NCBI GenBank assembly: GCA_046563655.1
Contig: CM102287.1
Coordinates: 7,378,001 to 7,442,000, forward strand
Source: Yuukianura sp. NJ FZ-2021
Taxonomy: Eukaryota
Direction of reading: 5' to 3'
Length of the DNA: 64,000 bases
The notes below the pieces were generated by a model that saw nothing but the letters and a program-made list of their open reading frames with translations, did not search any database and was not told the origin of the DNA. The position numbers and the translations under genes were made by a program. This document shows positions 56,621-64,000 of this stretch, piece after piece (positions within the stretch are counted from its first letter, which is position 1; each line of letters opens with the position of its first letter).

Positions 56621-59046
56621 AAAAACTTGCTCAACAAGTTGTTTTCTAAAATGTCAGTCAAAGTTGGCTTCTTCCTCACGATTTTCCAAAGCAATGAAAA
56701 TTTCTCACTTTTTCAAGAAAAAAAAAACACGATTTAGAATGTTACTTGCAAGTATTTCCAGGAGAGAATGGATAATTGTAGGGTTCTGGATGAATACAGA
56801 TTTCTCTTATCCGCAATTCAAATGCTTTTGTGTCTGGATTTTTCTCTTTCGTGTATATAAAACCTGCAAACAATGAAACAACTTACAAAGTATTTCTGTT
56901 TTGGAGCGTAGCGTTTCACGATTCGTTCATTTGTTAGGTTAACTTGTTAACTTCCGAGTCATAAAGTTGTGAAAAGTTCAAATCCTTGTTCACTGAAACC
57001 ATAAAATGTAAAGTTTTCTAATCGCAGAGTGCAGCGTGTGACGCTTTATTCAAAAAGTATGTCAAGTTTACTTAAAATTTTATCTTAGCAGAAAATTTTG
57101 CTAAAAATTTATGTTTGTTTTAGAATAAGTTTCAGTTTTTATTTTGCACAAAAGACAATAGTCTCGCATATGCTGAGCAGTTTTTTGGGGTTGTGGGACA
57201 AGAGCTTCTTTCTTACTGAACGAGATTCTAATCCCAATGGCCACTTTTAGTTTGAAACCAGAAGGTAATTAGGGAATTTGAGTCTGAATTGAAACAATTC
57301 ATCTGCATCTGCATGTGATGAGATCAGCCAAGATGTTGTTTATGTCTGTTTGAGAAGATGGGGATGAAGATGATGACTAAAAAAGTTAAGCCGACAACTG
57401 GCAAGACGTGCCAAATACAGGTCTGAACGTTCGTCATTTTTAGAATTAAGGACTGAGTTAGAATTGGGAAATTGCAGAAGCATCTGGATAAAATGCAGAT
57501 TTAACTCCATTTTCAATCCAACGGAGCTCTAGATTGCAAAATATTGCAAAAAAAAATTGCAATGTTTAGGAAGCGTGTCCAGCTGCCAGAGCTCACGTAA
57601 CCTGTTTCGCTTAAAACGTTAGTCTTGACGTCACCGTAGACAGTACTTTCGGCATTGCTTTTCTATAGTAAACAAAAGACTCATCAAAATTCGTGTAAAT
57701 CACTCGATTGTGCAGAAATTTCAATTCGCGAGAACTCCCATTTTTGCAAACTTGTATCCTCTCGACTCAGAAAGGTTTGAGCTGGTTTCGGCTAGCAAAC
57801 TCGATATTTCCCCAAAATTTTATGTAAGTTCGAATTCAAAAGTTTGGAAAATTCCCGGCCCTTAACACGCTAAATACTATGTCGATTGTTTTTGTTTACG
57901 CAAAGTGTTGGGGGTGTGAAACCTTAGGCACTTACATCTGTTTCGATTAAGTAAACCTGCTCAAATGGGCGTGGATTACGTTAAAACCGCACTGACACCA
58001 GATTCTAAAGACAAGGTATGAATGGGAGTAAGGTCGCCAGTGTATGGACAGTGACAGTCCAATGTCCAAAGGACGATCATCCATCGACCGGCGTCCAGGT
58101 CACTTCACTACGTGGGATACGTGACGGCGTGACCAAAATCACGTATATTCTTTCTGCATCCTATGCCGTGATGCCGTGAATTTGTTAATGCCTCAACTTA
58201 ATCTTGTTTACGATCCAAAGAACTTTGCGTTCTAATCCCGCAGCATCTCATACTTCTGGCGCCATACTGGATCTGATCCCTTGTTTCTGTTCGCATGTTC
58301 CAAGTTTCGCAACTTTGTTCTCGAAATTTTCTCTACAAATGTGAAATGTCCACTCGCAAGCATACTGACCTAAAAATGTGCTTGTTTCTACATTGTAGAA
58401 ATTCATTCCTGTGTTGAAGTGAACAATTTTTTTTTAAATCATTACCAAAATGTAAAAACTTATGTTTAAAAATTGTGCAAAGTATTAACGTTGCCGCAAA
58501 AACAAAGGCCAACGTATCGCTAATGAGTTCAGGCCCGTACGATTCCATCCAAAGTACACCTAGATCAATGGCCAGATTTCGTTCTTACAAAGAAAACAAA
58601 AAATCCAAACATTTTTTTCAAAATTTCGAATAATTTCCAAATCAAGTTCAGGTTATGCAACAGTTTTACATCTTGTTGTCTGCTGACCTTCAGCGTAATT
58701 ATAAGTTCAAGTAACAAATAGCTCAAAGGCACTCGTCAGAAGGTCACTAACGGCTCCAGCCTTCAATAACAGAAGACTATGATTAAGAAAAAACAGACAT
58801 TTTGCGTCGTTGTTTATGGAAATGGAGATTAACGCCTTAGTTTAGTACATGTATTTGTGAAGAGTCAAGGGAATTCAGTTTTAGGTTTTCGTAAAACCCC
58901 AGCAGCAGTTGGTTGCTTGTGCAAATTAGTCTATGCCGCAGTTAAGTCTGTTTCTGGATCTTGGAGATGACATTGAACCTGAATTTGGAATTGCCAAATT
59001 CTGGTTTTCAAACGAGCTCTAAAAAAGAATTTTGATTGGTCGGTTC

Positions 59047-60455
<1,409 letters not shown>

Positions 60456-62150
60456 TTAAATTTCGCTTCCAAAACCCTGAAAATACACAACTTCAAAATT
60501 AGAAAAATTTACACAAAGACTTTCAAAATTTTGAAGGTATATCTCGATTAGATAAACCCGGATTAGATAAATCAAGTATCCCATTCCGATGAATTTAAAA
60601 TTTTGTAATATTTCATTTTTATTGCGTTTGTTTTTCTTTTTACTGAAATATTTTTCATATTTGAACAAAACCAAATACACTTTTTAAAATATTTCTCATT
60701 TCGAATTGTTACTTAACGTTATTATAAAAACATTCAAAGTAATTTAACGAATTTCTAAATCTACAATTTAAAATCGTAAAATCTAAAACTCATATTTAGC
60801 AGAAGTTAAAAGCTTCACCTGTTTTGTAAACAAACAAAAAGTACAGAACAGATTTTTTGTAGGAAATGCACAAGGAATGCAGGATTTGTTATTACGAAAA
60901 CAACAAATAAATGAACTAACTACAAGAAAAAAAACAACTAAACACTACTTTTTGCAAACTTTGTCGTTCACCGTTCGAAATGAAACTGGCTAAAAATGCT
61001 TGTATGGGATGGATCATGGTTTAGAATATTCGTTATAACAAATTAACGGTTTTTGCGACTGTGGTTTTAGAATTATAATAGTAAGTAAGTGGGATGATGT
61101 GAAAGACAGGCGTCTGCCCACACTCTTTTAGTTACTTCCTCATGCTAAAATTGTTAAAACCCAGGAATAAATTACAATTTCACACTAACTAGTAACAGAG
61201 TAAGCCTCAAGAGTACATCTTACGCTACTAAAACTTACTAAAACTGCAAGAGATTCCAGTAGTAACCTTACTACGACACAAACAGGAACGTAACTAAAAA
61301 CTTTACACTTTAATTTTCTTGTCTTCTGAAGAATGCCTCGCCTTCCAAGATTTTACTTTTCGCACAAGGCTTCTTCCACTCTCTCAAAATTTTTTCGAAA
61401 TTTTTTTTGGCACACTTTCGAAGTTTATTTCAGTCCTTCTTCATCGGTGGGATTTGCAAAAAAGAAAAGTATTTTAGACAAGACACAGGATATGAATCGG
61501 GTCTTTTCTATTGGGTAAGGCATCAGCGTTTCCTATTCCATTCAAAACCACATCTTTGTACTCTCGTCATCATCTGTGTGTCTTTACAACTCTTCCGGGA
61601 TATTGCTAAAAGGTTATCTCAGCATCGCAGTTTCTAACAATAACGTAGGTTATGTATGTAACCTAACCTGATTTGCTTCAAAACCTAATCTAAACTCCGA
61701 AAACATTGATCCATTTTTTGACACTGACATCTCCACAAAGGTCGTTCTCAATTGGCACACAGAGAAAAGAATATCGCTCTGCTTCTGGCTTACAAAAGAA
61801 TGTTATTACTATGACTTGGTGTCCTTGAGATGGCTAAGTTAGGACGTTACAAAGAAAGCTCAAGGGTGACATTGACCTAAATCTACATAGATTTTCTGAT
61901 GAGCAGACCTTGACTTTTTGCATTTGAGATCTTCTCAATCCGACGCCCACTTTCCCTAAATCACTACAACCTCCATGTCTCAACTTGTGTCTGTCTGCTC
62001 GGCACGAGCTACACAGTTACATTTCTTAACTTCTAAATTAAGTTTAAACCCCTCAAATTGATTTCTACCATTGTCGGACTTCTGAGACTTTGAATTTCTG
62101 CTCATCATTTACGATTTTCCGCTAAATCTTCTCTTTCCGGTTCCTTCTAC

Positions 62151-63850
62151 TCAATCCGGTTTGGTTAGAATTTGAGTTGCGTTAACATTGATTCCAGTTG
62201 AGATCACTTGAGTAGTGGGACTTGTTGAGAGAACTTGAGAATTTGTTGAAATCATGCCAGGAGGAATGCAGAGCGTGATGGTTCTGGCTCCGGAACAGTT
62301 GGACCTTGAAGACGCTGCAGCCGAAGTGACTGAATTCTGTTGAGCCAAGAGATTCATCATGAACTCTGGTTGCAGAAGAGTTTCAATTTCACTGTTGCTA
62401 ACATTTCCGCTTGTTGTTATGAGGTATCCAAACATATTCTCTTGTGACTGATGCGGAATGAGAATTTGCTTTTCAGAAGTCAGCTCACTCGGGCTCGGTT
62501 CTTGCTGCAGTGGATCCAACTCCTGTTCTCTTGGCAGGATCTGGACGTCTGGCGCTGGAAGTGGATTCGACGCTTCTACTATTACTACTGCCTCAGCCTG
62601 GTCCAATTGCTTCACATTGTTTTTCTGAGGCCTCGGAGTCTATTCAAAAACATAAACTTAAAAAATCTGCAAACTTTCTGAAAAAACTTAGGTAGGTAGT
62701 CATTCCGCTAACCTGAATTTCAGGTGGCATCAACTCAATATGAAATTTCCTTTGATGCTGCAGAAGTTTTGCGCGCGTAGCATACTGGCGATGACACCAC
62801 TGACAAGCATGCGGTGTCCCCACAATTTCTCCAACTATTTTTTCTTTCCTAATGACTTCATCTACAGTTCTAACTTTCATATTTTCCATCTCAGCAGCTC
62901 CAAAGTCATTCAGATTAAAGTCGTGCGTAGTACTGCCAACTTTTTCTTCCAAAATGGCTTTGAGATCCTTCCCTCTAACTTGTGGTGGAATAGATTTGCC
63001 TGGATGATTCTTTAGAATATGAGATTTCCTCTTGGAACTACTCTTGTAAATCCGTTCACAATGAGGACAAAAATAATTCTTTGCCGTTCGTGTAATTGGA
63101 AGAGCCAGCTCAGGAACATCTTCTGGATCAATTTCAGGATGTCGCTGTTGAAAAACATGCACGTAACTGTTAGTATTGGAAATCTAAAAATAGCCGTGTC
63201 CTACTTCAATTTCTGAGAATAATTATACCTTGGCCAAATGATTGACCAACATCCCTCTGCGCCGGAAGCCTATCATACATTCCTGACATCGAAACGTAAA
63301 ACTTGTGAGCTGTTCCTCCGTGAGCCTTGGCAGTACTTTCTTGGTACCGAAAACTTTCTTTCCAAATGGAGTTGGCTTTCCATCCAAAATGTAGTGAGTA
63401 ATCGGAGCTTGTTCTTCTACAGTGACAATGCGTGTCTGGCCTTTCAGCTTTCCATGAGCCTTGCGTGTATGATCTGTCAATTTGTCTTTTCGCTAGAAAC
63501 AAAAAAGTCCGTAATTGATTTTGTGTCTGTATCCCAAAAAACTTCAACCTTATTTAGAAAAGCCAAAAATCGAAGCAGTGGACATGCACTCACCTTGAAT
63601 TGTCTTCCACATTCTACAAAAACAAAACAGAATTACATGAATCACTTTTTCTTTAAAAATTTGAAGTTTGGAAAACTTTCTGCTGTAAAATACCTGCGCA
63701 AAGGTACGCCCTGAAGGAACTGTGTCGGAGTTCATGCAATTTTAGTTTATCCGGGGTTGGAAATTTCATACTGCAGTCATGACAGGAGTACAGCCTCGGT
63801 CCATGAAAAGCTCGAATATGTTTCCGTACGAGAGAATAACATGAGAAATC
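62151..63850 (-). CDS. PRDM10: PR-domain zinc finger protein 10-like, 3' part (5' end lies beyond the window)
   Basis: C2H2 array VRKHIRAFH...PDKLKLHELRHS...CGRQFKRKDKL; FTFRCQECMIGFRRRGMLVNHLAK; RHPEIDPEDVPELALPI; YKSSSKRKSHILKNHPG. These are PRDM10-typical strings. Confidence 0.88.
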
Positions 63851-64000
63851 CTGTTTCAAATAAAACAAAAAACATAAAAAACATCTTCAAAATAACAGAC
63901 TTTTCATCTTCAAGTATACAACAAATTAGACCAATTTTAAACTGAAATTGAATCTAGGTCGAGGTGGTAGTAGTGTAAAGTCATAAATTATGTGGGTCGA

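Noticed and set aside
57200..58400. Extra 5' coding exons of LYST
   Set aside because: Exon-like blocks contain stops in the usable frames; more likely phosphatase 3'UTR or non-coding exons.

Overview
Intron-rich eukaryotic DNA, most likely a compact arthropod genome; no prokaryotic features. I assembled gene models by hand from GT-AG boundaries and reading phase. From left to right: a repeat/decayed-sequence zone (1-3.3 kb); a possibly secreted protein gene on + (3.8-5.0 kb); a 4-TM LAPTM/DUF4728-like gene on -; a transposon-rich zone (7-14 kb) with SINE-like remnants, a decayed ORF and a probable solo LTR; EMC5/MMGT1 (+) tail-to-tail with MCM7 (-); a 25 kb afadin/canoe gene (-); a strongly shortened LYST/mauve BEACH gene (-); a DUSP3/VHR-like phosphatase (-); and the 3' part of PRDM10 (-). 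Best findings: (1) the phosphatase has two tandem homologous exons whose phases force mutually exclusive splicing, swapping the general-acid loop, and one carries a CxxC-x3-H-x-CxxC insert; (2) afadin has a candidate internal first exon (204 codons) splicing into the middle of the PDZ domain and a 333-nt cassette exon; (3) LYST is about half the usual length. Family assignments come from remembered motifs, not database searches.
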